A stretch of DNA of 64,000 bases from Rhynchopus sp. YZ270_cl-10 (GCA_964035575.1 OZ037833.1:1550001-1614000), one strand, 5' to 3'. Shown: positions 1-11,599, counted from the stretch's first letter. Notes: a model not told the origin generated them from the letters alone. Numbers and translations: made by a program.

Positions 1-206
1 GTGTCGGTGCGTGCGGAGCGTGCCTGCACTGTTGCAACTGCCGCATGCGAGCCTGCGACTGCTGCCTGCACGTTCGCGTGGGATGCGTTGGTGTGTGCCG
101 CCACCTCGTTCACAGCGTGGTGTGCACCCACAGCGTGGTGCACAGGGTCAACAAGCGGAAGTGCGTGGGGCGCAAAGTTGGTCACGTAGCGGGGTGAAAG
201 AGACAT
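1..206 (-). CDS. 5' part of a hypothetical Ala/His/Val-rich protein running off the window start
   Basis: ATG at 206-204, open frame MSLSPRYVTNFAPHALPLVDPVHHAVGAHH... to the edge; CA-rich upstream region like other genes here. Confidence 0.55.
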   Translation of the reverse strand, partial: MSLSPRYVTNFAPHALPLVDPVHHAVGAHHAVNEVAAHTNASHANVQAAVAGSHAAVATVQARSARTD

Positions 207-321
207 AGTGGGTGGTGGTGGTGGTGCAAGTGTTTGTATCTAATCTGTGGGTGGTGGGTAGGTGGAGGTCTGTTGCACGTAAGGAGAGAAACTTAGAAAA
301 ACTTAGTTGAGGGTTACTTTA

Positions 322-529
322 CATACATGTTGGTACGTACGTAAAACGCGCAAAAATAATCAAAAAACGCGCAAAATAATAAAAAAATGTTTTTTAATAA
401 AAACGTCACAAAAACGTAACAAAAGCGCGCAAAACGTCTTTGTGACGTTTTTTATTAAAAACATTTTTTTATTATTTTGCGCGTTTTTTGATTATTTTTG
501 CGCGTTTTACGTACGTACCAACATGTATG
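322..529. mobile_element. Foldback MITE (~90-bp near-perfect TIRs, CATAC...GTATG termini, 6-bp TSD ACTTTA)
   Basis: Arms are reverse complements; ACTTTA at 316-321 and 530-535. Confidence 0.8.
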
Positions 530-973
530 ACTTTAACTGCTTTTGCAATTATTCGCGAAAGAGATGGCAAAAGAAAACGGCAGAAACACCAGTAGAAACG
601 GTGGTAACTGAGAGCATAAAATGAGGACTACATTTAGAAGCTAGTCACAAAGCCCCTCCCCTACTATCACAATACGGCACCCAGCGAACACCTGTCACAG
701 ACAGATATTAGACGGTCGCACAGTCACATCTCGTACGTTGCACAGCACCTGCACCACCTCACTGGGATGCATGACGGCACCCGCAAGAAGCATCAGTACC
801 CACGCGGGCAAGTCGCATTATGTTCCATTATTCATACAAAGTGTCAAACCTGCAAACCTGGAAAAAAGCTTTTGGAAAGTTGCGAGTCTCACAACCCTTT
901 TCTCCAAATGGGGGGAAACCGTTTAAATGATGCAATACTTTGGCAAAGGCAGCATCGTTATTATGGCACAAAA

Positions 974-2080
974 CTACTCCACTATGAACATGTTGTCTTC
1001 AAGCACACTGCCCCTTTTGCGCGAGGCTAAGTACTGCGCGCGTGACTCGTGTTGTGTCTGAGCTGTCTCGCGATGGACGACCTCGCTAGTCCCCATGTAG
1101 CACTTCAGCATGCTGACGGTGCCTCCCTGGCCCAACGCAAAACGGTGGAACAGGCCAGGAGGGATGATCAACAGGTCACCTGCGTAAGGGAAAGTTGTCT
1201 GGTTAATTTTCCCACAAGGCAACATACCTTCCTGCAGATCGATTCTGATGAACTCGTGGTTCTCGTCTCTCACGTCAACAAAGCATGCACCTGCCTCCAC
1301 AAAGACAATGTACTCCGTGGTGTTGTACTGCTCTCTGTAGCACTCCTGTGAAAAGTGTTGTTGCTATAAGATGCTAAGTCAGCATTCGGGAGAGGAACCC
1401 CAAAGGAGTACAAACCACTTTGGTCTGTTTAGGTCTGTCAACGAAAAAATGAAGCCAAGAAAACCCCTACACACCTGCATCATTTGCTGCGAGTCAATCG
1501 TGAGCGAATCATTCTCCATGCTGCTGTAGCCGCGGTCGCTGCAGAGCTCATTAAGCTTGTCGAGGTCTGACACGGAGAGCTTCATGTAGACCACACCTAG
1601 GGTGTTGAGGGTTGACTGTGGGACGTAGCCGCTGTCACGACGTCGGTTGTGGTACTTTGCGCCTGAGGTGAAGTCTGGTGAAGAGGCGTCGATGGAGAGC
1701 AGCCAAGCCTTGCCCCACACGAGCTCGCCTTCGATGTTTGTCAGGTCGGTGCTTTTGCGCGAGAGGCGGTGCTTGAGCATGTCTGTACCGGACATCGAGT
1801 TGCGCCGCATTGTGTCCTCCACCTGCGCCATCGTCACACGGTCTTGGTCCTCAAGGTCGCGCTTCACACGCTCGTCCACACGCTTCTGGCGCTTCTCAAT
1901 GATGATACGGTTCTGCCCCTCAGGCGTCAGGTCGTTCCACCGCCGCCCGTACACCTGCGCATCCAGACGCGACGACGCCATCACAGCCTGCACGCCGCTC
2001 TTGAACTTTTGCTGCTTCCCCGCGTCAGTGCTGTTCCCAAGTGACAACCCGCACACTGCGTCATAGCAATGACTATTCAT
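974..2080 (-). CDS. Acireductone dioxygenase (ARD/ADI1)-like cupin protein with N-terminal extension; exons 2080-1475, 1345-1228, 1179-974
   Basis: Spliced translation ...LGVVYMKL...RGYSSMEND...ECYREQYNTTEYIVFVEAGACFVDVRDENHEFIRIDLQEGDLLIIPPGLFHRF matches ARD motifs; GT-AG introns 1346-1474 and 1180-1227. Confidence 0.75.
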
Positions 2081-2708
2081 ATTGTGTAAATGGTCTTAAA
2101 GAAATTCACCTTTTAGTTGAATATTATATACTTCAGTGATGACAAAGAGAAGGGGGGGCTGGGGTGATGATTTTTTTTTTCAAGCAAAAAAATAATGAAA
2201 TGACAATAAACAAGGCATCCTCGAGAGACAGGAAATGTCTTCATGACAAAATATGGCAAGATGATCCTAAGCCTCGCTTAGTCACCTAAAAAAAACACGA
2301 ACCCTCATCTAGAAACCCTGGTGCAGTGTTGCCCACAGGGGTTTTTGCTTTCCAAAAAGAGGAGTACAAACGCCTCTGGACAGGTACTGAGGCTCAAGAA
2401 GGTTCGATGGGGAGAGCGGATGGGGGAAGTCTCTCAACACACTTTGTCTCAACAATTGTTTCGCGCGGACAAAAAGGCGGACAAACATGTTGCAACGCCT
2501 GTCTGTGTCCAACAATAAACCGCAAGTAAATGCTGTTTTGCTAATGACGAACTCCAAGGCAACCCCTTGCGGAATATTGCCCGGTCCAATACGGAGCAGA
2601 ACGGAACACAAAACCCTTTAACCATGCGGAAGCATGACAAGAAAAGGCAGCAATATTGGCAACCCTGGCAAACAAATGGCAAAAAAAAACAAAATGATAG
2701 CATAAACG

Positions 2709-3674
2709 TCACAACTCTTCTTTTGCAAACAGCGTTTTCCGCTTTACGTGGACTGGTATTTGCGACCGCGAGATCATTGACAAGAGCATGTCGTCTGCGG
2801 ACTTTCCTTCCACTTTGATGAACTTTCCTACGCCGGCCTTGAGGATGGGGATCTTGCTTTGGGCTGCCCTTGGCACTGCCGTGTGCAGAGGCTGCTGCTC
2901 CTCTTGCCGGTGCACAACCCTCCCCTTTGTGCTAACCGACGGCGCCACCAGCAGCTCTGCAGACGAGCTCCGTGCTGTCGTCGCATAGATCAGATGCTTC
3001 GAACGCTCCTCCATCTCGTCCATGAAGGCCTGCAGGCCGTCCACATACGAGGTGGGGTGCTTCACACCTAAGGCAACGTGGCGGACAGGGGTGTGGCAGG
3101 CACCTTCCTTTGCGTTCAACACGGTGCACACATTGACGTCGCAGCTGCGATAAAAGCAACATAGAACTACGTCAATATTTCTCAAAAAAAAAAAAAACCC
3201 CCCCCCAATGCAAAGACCTAAGACCACATACCTGACTGATGCGCATGCCTCTGCTGCCGACACCACGCCCCGCTGTCTCACATTCTGTGGCCTTGAGGGC
3301 GAACCGGAAGGCGACCCCGCAGGTGTGCGTTGTGTGTGTCTTGGCTTGGGCGGTATCTTGCCTGTCCGTCTGTGCTCTGAGCCTGTGGGGCTGAGGGATC
3401 GATACCCACCACAGGAGGCACGGTGCGTCATGAGGCCTTGCCCATAGAACCTGCCGCAGACCTGACATTTGCCTGAGGATGGATTCGCTTTGCGGTCGGG
3501 TGAAGGGGTGGGGACGGGTTGTGTCCCACAGCCTAGCAGCTTGCGCGCACTCCGTTTCTTCGCACACTGCACGTGGTGCACCTTCATCAGCGACGCTGCG
3601 ATCCTACGCCCGCACACCGTGCACTCACCCCCAAGTGCAACCACATCAGGGCTCCTCTCGAATTCCATTGCCAT
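2709..3674 (-). CDS. Hypothetical protein with two C2HC-type zinc fingers; probable in-frame intron 3145-3231
   Basis: CTVCGRR...HHVQC and CQVCGRF...HRASC motifs; GTATGT...CGCAG intron with a T-rich interior. Confidence 0.65.
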   Translation of the reverse strand: MAMEFERSPDVVALGGECTVCGRRIAASLMKVHHVQCAKKRSARKLLGCGTQPVPTPSPDRKANPSSGKCQVCGRFYGQGLMTHRASCGGYRSLSPTGSEHRRTGKIPPKPRHTQRTPAGSPSGSPSRPQNVRQRGVVSAAEACASVRYVVLGLCIGGGFFFFLRNIDVVLCCFYRSCDVNVCTVLNAKEGACHTPVRHVALGVKHPTSYVDGLQAFMDEMEERSKHLIYATTARSSSAELLVAPSVSTKGRVVHRQEEQQPLHTAVPRAAQSKIPILKAGVGKFIKVEGKSADDMLLSMISRSQIPVHVKRKTLFAKEEL

Positions 3675-3955
3675 TCAAGGCAAGAAGTATAACCCCCCCA
3701 TATACATTCTGTGGTGGTAAAGGGTTTCATGGCAAACCTGATGTCCAACGCAGCATCTGAGAAGATATGTTTGAAATAATAATTTATTGAGCAATCCACG
3801 GAAAACTGCCCAAAGTATGAGATGTGTGTGCGTTGCACACTTTTGCCCGACAAATGTGGAGGTGAGAAAAGGTTTCATGTTAAGAAAAAAAACCCCCCAA
3901 CTCCCTACCCCCCTATCCAAGGTTAGTAACCCCTTTTTTTGCGGAAAAGGGGTGG

Positions 3956-4615
3956 TTATTCGATTTGTCTGGTTGTGTCCCAGGTTCGTCCGCAGGTGGG
4001 TTCGACGAGGAACTGTACGCCGCGTCTATGTGACTTTGTTTCGGTGGTGTGCGCATCTGCGTCTGGGCTGTCGTCGACATCGCGCACAGCGTCAACGTAG
4101 AGAGGGTTGATGTCAGCAATGCTGAGCCACTTCGGCATGGCGTTTTTGTTCAGCGACAGACGCGGCTTGAAGAGCTCCACAAACTGCTGGTCCATCGCAC
4201 GCCCCTTATCACCCGCAAAACGGTTGTACTCATCAATAATGGACACAAGCGACCACCCCTGCACCTTCCTCAGGCACCCACACACCGCACCTGTCCGATG
4301 TTTCCCCTTGTTGCAGTGAATAAGGATCGGGTGGAAGCGTGTATCACACACAGTGCTCAATGCAGAGCTCACCTGCTGCTCTGGGATGTTGACAAACGGC
4401 TCCTTGTTTCCCTCCATAGGGAACTGGACGATCTCGATCCCGTTCTTCTTGTAGAACTCCTGGTTCACCAGGGCGTACTCCTCGGGACACAAATAGCATA
4501 TCGACTTCAGGCCAAGACGCTTCAAAAACTGAAAGTTTTTCTTGCTCGGATACCCCGACCGATATACGCCCGGCGCGATCATAGAGAAGTTGCTGCACGG
4601 AACGAGAGTGTCCAT
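3956..4615 (-). CDS. SIW14: PFA-DSP/SIW14-family atypical dual-specificity (inositol pyrophosphate) phosphatase
   Basis: NFSMIAPGVYRSGYP, GNKEPF and active-site HCNKGKHRTG motifs; ATG at 4615. Confidence 0.85.
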   Translation of the reverse strand: MDTLVPCSNFSMIAPGVYRSGYPSKKNFQFLKRLGLKSICYLCPEEYALVNQEFYKKNGIEIVQFPMEGNKEPFVNIPEQQVSSALSTVCDTRFHPILIHCNKGKHRTGAVCGCLRKVQGWSLVSIIDEYNRFAGDKGRAMDQQFVELFKPRLSLNKNAMPKWLSIADINPLYVDAVRDVDDSPDADAHTTETKSHRRGVQFLVEPTCGRTWDTTRQIE

Positions 4616-4899
4616 TTGTACGCTACCCAACGCCCCGACATCCCCCTTATGGTTTTTTGGTGTAAAAGAAAATGGTAGGTAAAAAAGGGGGCACCGAGGG
4701 AGAGTTTTCTGTTTTTTCAAAACCTTTTTCCAAAAAAATCATAACACCCGCATGCTGTTAAGCGAAAACGTGGTATTATTTCACCCTTTTTCGTTGAATC
4801 GCCAATCAACCTAACGGAACCCCGCGAGCTCTGTACGCTCATACCGCCTTTCGAAAGGCAGGATACAGACTTTATTATTTTGCTGTACAAAACAGGACC

Positions 4900-7578
4900 T
4901 TACTGATCACAACAGGGCGCGAGGGGTGCGAAGGGAATGAGGTCGTGGGTGATGGACCCTGGGGGTTTGTGCGAGAGAACATTCATGCAGGCGTGACGGA
5001 GCTCTGAGGCGAAGATGGTGAGCTGTGTGCGCTCTGCCTCTGGTATGGGTGACGCGGCTACCAAGGTGGTGCTGCACCTCCGCAGCAGAAGCGACAGTTC
5101 TTCGACCACCTCTGCCGCCTCTTCAAAGTAGGACAGCACGAAGTGCACCTTCACGACGTCGCGCAGCACACACCCCGTCACCTCACCTTTGTCACTTCCC
5201 AACGCATTCACCAACGTACGGCACGCAACCAACTCCTCCCGTGCCTCCTCACAACGCCCCGACTCCCACAGCTCCTTCGCAAGGGAGTAGTGCAGTGCGA
5301 CGCTCTTCTCTGTGTCGCGGAAGGTAAGGAAGAGGCGGTCCTTCGTGTGCAGCTCAAGGATGTGTTCTGCTGAGAGGCGGCCGTGTGTGTTGATGATGTG
5401 TGTCTCGATGTCCGCAAACGCTGTGAAGGCTTCGTGCATCTTGCGGTCTTGGAGAAAGCGCAGCCGCAGCCGCAACGCTTCAAGCACGTCGTTGTCGTCG
5501 ACAGCACGCAGCGTGCGCAGTTGTGTGACCAGATCGACAACCTCCTTCGACCGCGCAAAGTCGTACACATTCTCGCACCACGCCGATACCGCTAGCAGCA
5601 CGCTGACAACACGCCGCATAAAGTGCTCCACCGCAACCCGCCCCTTCGCAAACGCCACATCCATCTTCAGCAGCGGCAGATCAAACCCCATCATATCCTC
5701 TGATTTGGGGTGAAACGCTTCGACGTGCATTGAAAGGATGCGTGTCCAACATAGCTCTGCGCGTGACATGTCCCAGTGGTGTGACTCGCGCTTTGCGCGT
5801 TGCTCCTGTTCAGCGTAGAGGTGTGCGCAGTTGAGCAGCAGCGGTACGAGGGCTATGGAGGATGAGGAGAAGGTTTCTGTGGCAGCGGAGAGGATGCTGT
5901 CGCATTCACGTCCGAGGAGGACTGCGGAGTTGGCGGTGGAGTGCTGTGTCGACTGGGCTGTGTCAATGTCGGGCCACATGCGTTGCACCAGCACCAAAAG
6001 CTCAATGTCACCAGGACTCAGCGACGCAAGACACGACGGGTTCTGCCCCCTAGACGCACCCCACCACGGAGGCAGACGCACACCCACGAGTTGGCACGTC
6101 CGCGTCAACAGCTGCTTGCGTGGCACCTCCTGCAGACTGAGGTGCGTACGGAACGCTTCACGCAACGTCCGGCACAGCTCCCCTTCCCATACAAAGCTGT
6201 GCAGCTCTGCCTCGTAGTTGACCAAGCCACGCAAGGTGTTGAGTGCTAATGTGTTGAAGTCAACAGAGGCAATGGAACGCAGTCTGCAGCACCACTCCGC
6301 AAGCAGGCGCGAATAGGCGGTGGCGACAAGCTCCGTCTTCGCAACCCGTATAACACCCAAGACGTCGGCAGGGAGCCATCGCGTTGCATTGCCATCGTTG
6401 CAAGGGCGCAGGGCAATCCATTCTGGGTAGTCCTCCAGCAGTGCAATGACGTCCGCTAGAGCTGCGTGCTGCATGTTCAGGTTGTGCAGCACATCAGCTA
6501 CGTGGTGCACGCTCAGCACATCCTTCCCCGTGTTGCTCTGCCTCCGCGCGCCTTCATGAAGGATCAGAAGCTCCCACGCAGCGCAGCTCTCAAGCGGGTA
6601 CCGCAGCCGCTGCATCTGCTCCCGCATATGCTCTGCAGACGACGCAGCGATGCGAGGCTGCTCTTCGAACACAGGGCGCAACGTCACAGCTGCCTTTGGC
6701 CCCTCTACCCCAGCCTCCTCCACCGTCGCATACGGGAATGCTTCCTTCGACAGGTCCAACACATAGGCACGTCCGTCACTGCAGATGGAGACCGTCGCCT
6801 TCGAGAGAAACACTGCTGCTGCGTGGGTGGGCTTCGCTGACAGCTTCAGAAAGACGGAGAGCGGCTCGGTATGGCACACTGTGGGGTGCAGTGTGGAGCA
6901 CCACACGACACATCCTCGGTAGGCACAGCGCACTGCGTAGGGCACGTGAAAGGCTTGGGAGAGGTCGAGCGCGTGGAGGGAGGACATCACTTTGGCTTCG
7001 TGGGTGAAGGCGTCGGTGGTGTGGTCCAGGAGTACGAGACGCACCCCTTTGTGGTGTGCGCCGCCGTTGACATCTTCACCAAAGGTGTTGGCAGGGACGT
7101 TGCGGAAGGGGTGCGACAGGCGCTCTGCGACGAATCGTGTTGCCGACACTTTGCAGAAGTTCGCAAACTCGTTTTGCGTCTGCGACACTGCAACCTTGCG
7201 TGCCTCTGCCGCCGCGAGCGTGGGTGGCAGCATCTCTGACGACGACACAAGACGTTCGTTCCACTCACACGACACATCCGCTGCAAACAACTGCGGCACC
7301 GTCTGTGGAAACATCAACGCCCTTTGGTCGCTGATACGCGCCACAATGCGCTTCGCCTCGGACGCAGGTTTCTTCTTGCAGAGTGTGCTCCGCGTCAAGC
7401 TCTGTGACAAAGGCTGCAGCTTGAAGCTCCGCTGCTGCGGCACCACAGTCAGTGCCAGCGCCGTTTGCGTACCAAGCATGAAGCACCTCTCCTTTCGGTA
7501 CTTCGCACGCGTCTTCTCCGCCTTCCAATTATCCGAAGACGGCAAACCCAACACCGCCATGTCACTAAAGACCCGCAT
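4900..7578 (-). CDS. Clu/TIF31-like domain protein with C-terminal helical (TPR-like) region
   Basis: ~890-aa ORF; THEAK, VPYAVRCAYRG, DGRAYVLDLSK and LRP motifs resemble a divergent Clu domain. Confidence 0.55.
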   Translation of the reverse strand: MRVFSDMAVLGLPSSDNWKAEKTRAKYRKERCFMLGTQTALALTVVPQQRSFKLQPLSQSLTRSTLCKKKPASEAKRIVARISDQRALMFPQTVPQLFAADVSCEWNERLVSSSEMLPPTLAAAEARKVAVSQTQNEFANFCKVSATRFVAERLSHPFRNVPANTFGEDVNGGAHHKGVRLVLLDHTTDAFTHEAKVMSSLHALDLSQAFHVPYAVRCAYRGCVVWCSTLHPTVCHTEPLSVFLKLSAKPTHAAAVFLSKATVSICSDGRAYVLDLSKEAFPYATVEEAGVEGPKAAVTLRPVFEEQPRIAASSAEHMREQMQRLRYPLESCAAWELLILHEGARRQSNTGKDVLSVHHVADVLHNLNMQHAALADVIALLEDYPEWIALRPCNDGNATRWLPADVLGVIRVAKTELVATAYSRLLAEWCCRLRSIASVDFNTLALNTLRGLVNYEAELHSFVWEGELCRTLREAFRTHLSLQEVPRKQLLTRTCQLVGVRLPPWWGASRGQNPSCLASLSPGDIELLVLVQRMWPDIDTAQSTQHSTANSAVLLGRECDSILSAATETFSSSSIALVPLLLNCAHLYAEQEQRAKRESHHWDMSRAELCWTRILSMHVEAFHPKSEDMMGFDLPLLKMDVAFAKGRVAVEHFMRRVVSVLLAVSAWCENVYDFARSKEVVDLVTQLRTLRAVDDNDVLEALRLRLRFLQDRKMHEAFTAFADIETHIINTHGRLSAEHILELHTKDRLFLTFRDTEKSVALHYSLAKELWESGRCEEAREELVACRTLVNALGSDKGEVTGCVLRDVVKVHFVLSYFEEAAEVVEELSLLLRRCSTTLVAASPIPEAERTQLTIFASELRHACMNVLSHKPPGSITHDLIPFAPLAPCCDQ

Positions 7579-7752
7579 TGCGCTGCGGTTTCTGTTCTGT
7601 GGATGAGATGACAAATTCAAAGGGGAAAAAAATGCATAAAATTAGTAACTTTTTTTATCGACAATCATCCGAGGTACCTTCTACTCAATGTCGCCTTCTG
7701 AAAAAGACTATTTTGCCACAAAACACACTACGCTGGAAAGCGCAGCATTCTG

Positions 7753-8526
7753 TTAAGACCGCAACCCTTGCAACTCCGACACACATATCGCTCTGCTGTT
7801 TCTGATGCGCCTGATGATTTCTGTACCTTTGAGCATCTGCTGCTCTTCAGGGGTCAGGACTGGGAGCTGCGTGAGGCTCCACTTCTTGAGCTCCTCGTAC
7901 TGCCAGACTGTGCATTGGATGTTTGCAACCATGTCGCGGATCTGCGTGGTGAGGGCTTCGGCTTTGTCGGTGCGTGCATCAAGGTCTTTGAGCTCGTCAC
8001 GCCGCTTTGCGACGATGGCACGCTGTGAGGCGAGCCACCTGTTGTGCAGGCGGTCCTTGCCTTCCTGCTCGCTGAAGAACTGTCGCAGGACACGACTCTT
8101 CTCGAGAGCTGCAGCACGGCTGTCATCCTGTGCCGCATGCTTGCGTTCTGCTGCACCGTACAGTGCAGAACGCTGTTCAGCAGTAAGCGACACATTCCCC
8201 TCATTCGCTGCAGCGCTCTGCTGGTCCGCAGACTCTGTCAGCTCAAGCTCAAGGTGCCGCCGCATCTCCTCCAAAGAGGTGCGCTCTGCTTGCTCCAATG
8301 GACGTCCTACCAACCCACTCTCGAGCATCGTGTCAATCAGATAGATCTTCCTCTGCTGTGCACGTTCCCACTCATCATCCAAACTGAACAACTCATCACG
8401 CAGCTCAGCATGAGGGCTGCCACGACGCTCCGACAGACGAAACGCATCGCTTGCACCCTTCTGTTTCAGCACCTCACGTAGACCTGCGCCTGGAGCGCGT
8501 GGGGCGGGTTTAGCCTCAGGTTCCAT
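7753..8526 (-). CDS. Hypothetical coiled-coil protein
   Basis: 257-aa ORF, E/K/R-rich helical composition, coding-like GC. Confidence 0.7.
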   Translation of the reverse strand: MEPEAKPAPRAPGAGLREVLKQKGASDAFRLSERRGSPHAELRDELFSLDDEWERAQQRKIYLIDTMLESGLVGRPLEQAERTSLEEMRRHLELELTESADQQSAAANEGNVSLTAEQRSALYGAAERKHAAQDDSRAAALEKSRVLRQFFSEQEGKDRLHNRWLASQRAIVAKRRDELKDLDARTDKAEALTTQIRDMVANIQCTVWQYEELKKWSLTQLPVLTPEEQQMLKGTEIIRRIRNSRAICVSELQGLRS

Positions 8527-8976
8527 TATAATAGTGGCAGAAACAATAAAACAAAGCTGACACTAACCAACCCAAGAGAATCGCACACCGTTTCCACTGC
8601 GTTTTCTTGGTGTAAGATTTGCCCCCAACAACCTATAAATAAAATTGTGATGAAGGAAAGATTTGAAGGGATGAGGAGGGGGAAGAGCAGAGGGAGAAGG
8701 AGAGATGGAGTGGGGATGTTCATTGGTAATGTTTTGTGTTTTGTTTGTTTTTTTTTTTGACTGCGCTTCGCAAAAAATATAGGCCACATCAGTGTCCATA
8801 AAAAAATGCGCACCTCAAAAAAAGATTAATATCGATCGAAAAAACATGAGGCCCTGGAGGGTCACCCTTTTAGGTAACTGGTACTCTTTTCACTTTTATT
8901 TTTTTTTGAAAACTTTTTTGGTGACGATCCACAATAATATTCACATTTCCGTCTGGAAATTTCATTTCATTTTCAG

Positions 8977-9316
8977 TTAGTGCGATGTAGGCATCGTCTC
9001 TGTCGTTAAAGCACAAATGTAGGATAGGCTGGGCCCGAAGAGAGCGGCCAAAGGGTCAGCGAGCTCAGCCATCTCTGCTGCTTCGGGGCTCAGGGGTGCC
9101 ACGTTCGTCGAGAGGCTGAATGCACGGTTCTGGGAAGGCATCGAACTCCTCAGAAGCCCGGTCGGCAGTTGGTTCATTCTGTGTTGTGTGTTGTCGAAGA
9201 ACTCCACAAATAACAAACCCAAAGGAGGAAGGGAGGCAAAGCACATACCCGACAAGGCACGGAACAGCGTTCAGCTTTGCCTTCCCGAAGGCACTGCACA
9301 CACCTCTGCGCATCAT
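8977..9316 (-). CDS. Small two-exon protein (89 aa), possibly mitochondrial; exons 9316-9249 and 9178-8977
   Basis: GTATGT donor at 9248 and CACAG acceptor at 9179 join MMRRGVCSAFGKAKLNAVPCLVG in frame with MNQLPTGLLRSS... Confidence 0.5.
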
Positions 9317-9445
9317 TTTTCCTTGTCCTCCCTCTTTGTTTCCTGTATGGCTGGTGTGGGCAAGGAGGGTTGTGTAATAAGTGAAATCCAAAGAAATAAA
9401 AGCACAGTCATAAAAACTGTTCTGAGTGAACCATGGATCACAATA

Positions 9446-9855
9446 CAGTCATCCAACAAAGGTTGGTGGGGTAAAAACCCACCAAATTTTTTCGACCCGA
9501 AACCCACCAACGTTTTTACCCCACCAACCTTTTTACCCACCAACCTTAGTGGTTTCTAACCTATGTTTACCATGTACCCGCAAACCCAAAGTGCAACATT
9601 GACGGTGTAAACCTGCGGCAGGTTTTGTATATGGGGGCATCTTTTTTTACTTTTGCGGTATTATTTATTCAATCTGGACCGGGTTTGGGTAGGGGAGGAG
9701 GGGCATAGGGATCCACGTAAAGGAAACTCAAAAATGCAGTTCTAATCCAAAAAACCCACCAAATTTTTTCGAGACCCCAAATCCACCAACGTTTTTACCC
9801 CACCAACCTTTTTACCCACCAACGTTTTTACCCACCAACGTTTGTTGGATGACTG
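9446..9855. mobile_element. TA-flanked MITE (CAGTCATCCAACAAA TIRs, Tc1/mariner-like) with internal CCCACCAAC repeats
   Basis: ~30-bp TIRs; TA at 9444-9445 and 9856-9857. Confidence 0.8.
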
Positions 9856-10262
9856 TAGTTGAAACCAAAGCCAACGCAATGGGAGAACAATACATCTGAG
9901 GACAATACGATGGATAGATTGTTGCCGCCGTGTGAGGCGTCTGAAGGGCACAGACAGGGGCTGACCTGGCAAATCACCAAGCTTGAAAACAACGCCCATG
10001 AGTGAAGAGGAGGGGATGTCTGAGGGGGGCTGTCTGTAATAAAAAAAAAATAGGTCAACTCATTTGAAAGGATGTTTTCTAAGAGACAAGAGAATGTAAG
10101 GGCTTATGACCCACGAGAAGATGGTATAACAACCAACAGAGACAGTGTCTGGCAAGATCTAAGGGCGTACTTTGGCAGCTGACCAATAAAAAAGGTTCCG
10201 TCGGGTGAGCAGTAAAGGGCAGTACCAAGCTAATACCATGCCGCAAAATTCTTCGATGAATC

Positions 10263-10568
10263 TTAATAGAACATTTCGTCGTCGTTGGACCACTGAAGGC
10301 GCTCCAGAGGGATGTTCATGCGTGTGAGCAGCGCACCTTCGTTGGGCACCTCGTCCGTGAGGCCTTTGTCCTTGAGAGTCTCGAAGAGCTTCGTCGCTGC
10401 GGCCTGCCCGACAGCCACCCAGCGCTGTGTGTCTGCCTCGAGCTCCTTCCGCTTTGCGGCATCACTGTCCTCTGACTCGACCTTTGCCAGCAGTGCTGCA
10501 GTGGTGCTCACATTGGCCATGATCGCATTGATGAGACGTTCGCGTTCTGGGCAGCTCGCTTGCGGCAT
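10263..10568 (-). CDS. Sfr1/Mei5-like recombination accessory protein (101 aa)
   Basis: ELEADTQRWVAVGQAAATKLF...ALLTRMNIPLERLQWSNDDEMFY resembles the Sfr1/Mei5 C-terminal domain. Confidence 0.55.
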   Translation of the reverse strand: MPQASCPERERLINAIMANVSTTAALLAKVESEDSDAAKRKELEADTQRWVAVGQAAATKLFETLKDKGLTDEVPNEGALLTRMNIPLERLQWSNDDEMFY

Positions 10569-10805
10569 GTGTAATGGAGAGAGAGAGAGGGAGAGGGTAA
10601 AATCTTGACGTGGGGTTGTGAGAGAGAGAGAGAGAGAGAGAGAGTGCTGTCGTGTCGATAAAACATGAGGATGGGGATTCTTTTGACCATACGTACGTGG
10701 ACACGATGCAACGTATGCATCGCCAAAAAAAAAATCTGAGTAAAAACTCAATAAAATATGACCAACATTACTATTCTTTTCTGTGGTGAAACGGGTTTAC
10801 ACAAA

Positions 10806-11434
10806 TCAGAACTTGGCGAACTTCTTGAAGCGGGACTCCAGACGCTGCTTTCCCTTGGGGTTCACCTTCAGCACGTTGAAACGCACAGTCTTGGACAGAG
10901 GGCGGCACTGTCCGCACACAACCTCGTCTCCGACCTGTGGAAAAAAATGATTTGGAAATATGCATGTGAAGAAAAAACATAAGGCAAAGTACATACACGC
11001 TGGCCAACGAAGGCGGGGGACACGTGGGCGGCGAAGTTCTGGTGACGCTTCTCGTACCTCTGGTACTTGGTAACCCAGTGAAGGTAGTCACGACGCACGA
11101 CGAGGGTACGCGACATCTTGACGGACCTGACCACTCCACGGATGATACGTCCACGGATGGACACGTTTCCGGTCCAGGGGCACTTCTTGTCAACGTAGTT
11201 GTTGTCAATGGCGCTCTTCGGGGTCTTGAAGCCCAGACCAACGTTCTTCCACTGGCGGAGGTTTCCCTTGCTGGTCTTCTGGAACTTCGACTTCACCACA
11301 CGGCGGGTGGCGCAGAAGACGTTACCCTGTGTTGAGAAGTGTGGTTACGTTGCGATAAAGCACAACAACATGACACTACATACCTGCTTCTGGAACGCAC
11401 GCTCCACCTGCTCACCGGCATCGTAGGCAACCAT
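10806..11434 (-). CDS. RPS11: 40S ribosomal protein S11 (uS17), copy 1, two introns
   Basis: [17 protein letters not shown]|...VGLGFKTP...[16 protein letters not shown]...[14 protein letters not shown]. Confidence 0.95.
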
Positions 11435-11483
11435 TGTGTATGTAGTGCTTGATCTGGTGTGTGTGGTGCTAGAGAAAACAAAG

Positions 11484-11599
11484 TGGAGTTGAAATACAAA
11501 ACCCTCTCGTGACAGTGTACCTTGGTACATGACCAGCTGTACCGGGGGGTGGACACCCAACCATGCACTCCTACATCCATTTCGTGGTTTGCATCTGAT
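11484..11599. repeat. Dispersed ~115-bp short repeat (SINE-like or ncRNA); other copies at 20449-20486, 39812-39887, 43486-43587, 47859-47982
   Basis: Shared TTGAAATACAAA.CCCTCTCGTGACAGTGTACC...GGACACCCAACCATGCA.TCCTACATCCATTT.CGTGGTTT.CATCTGAT. Confidence 0.8.
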
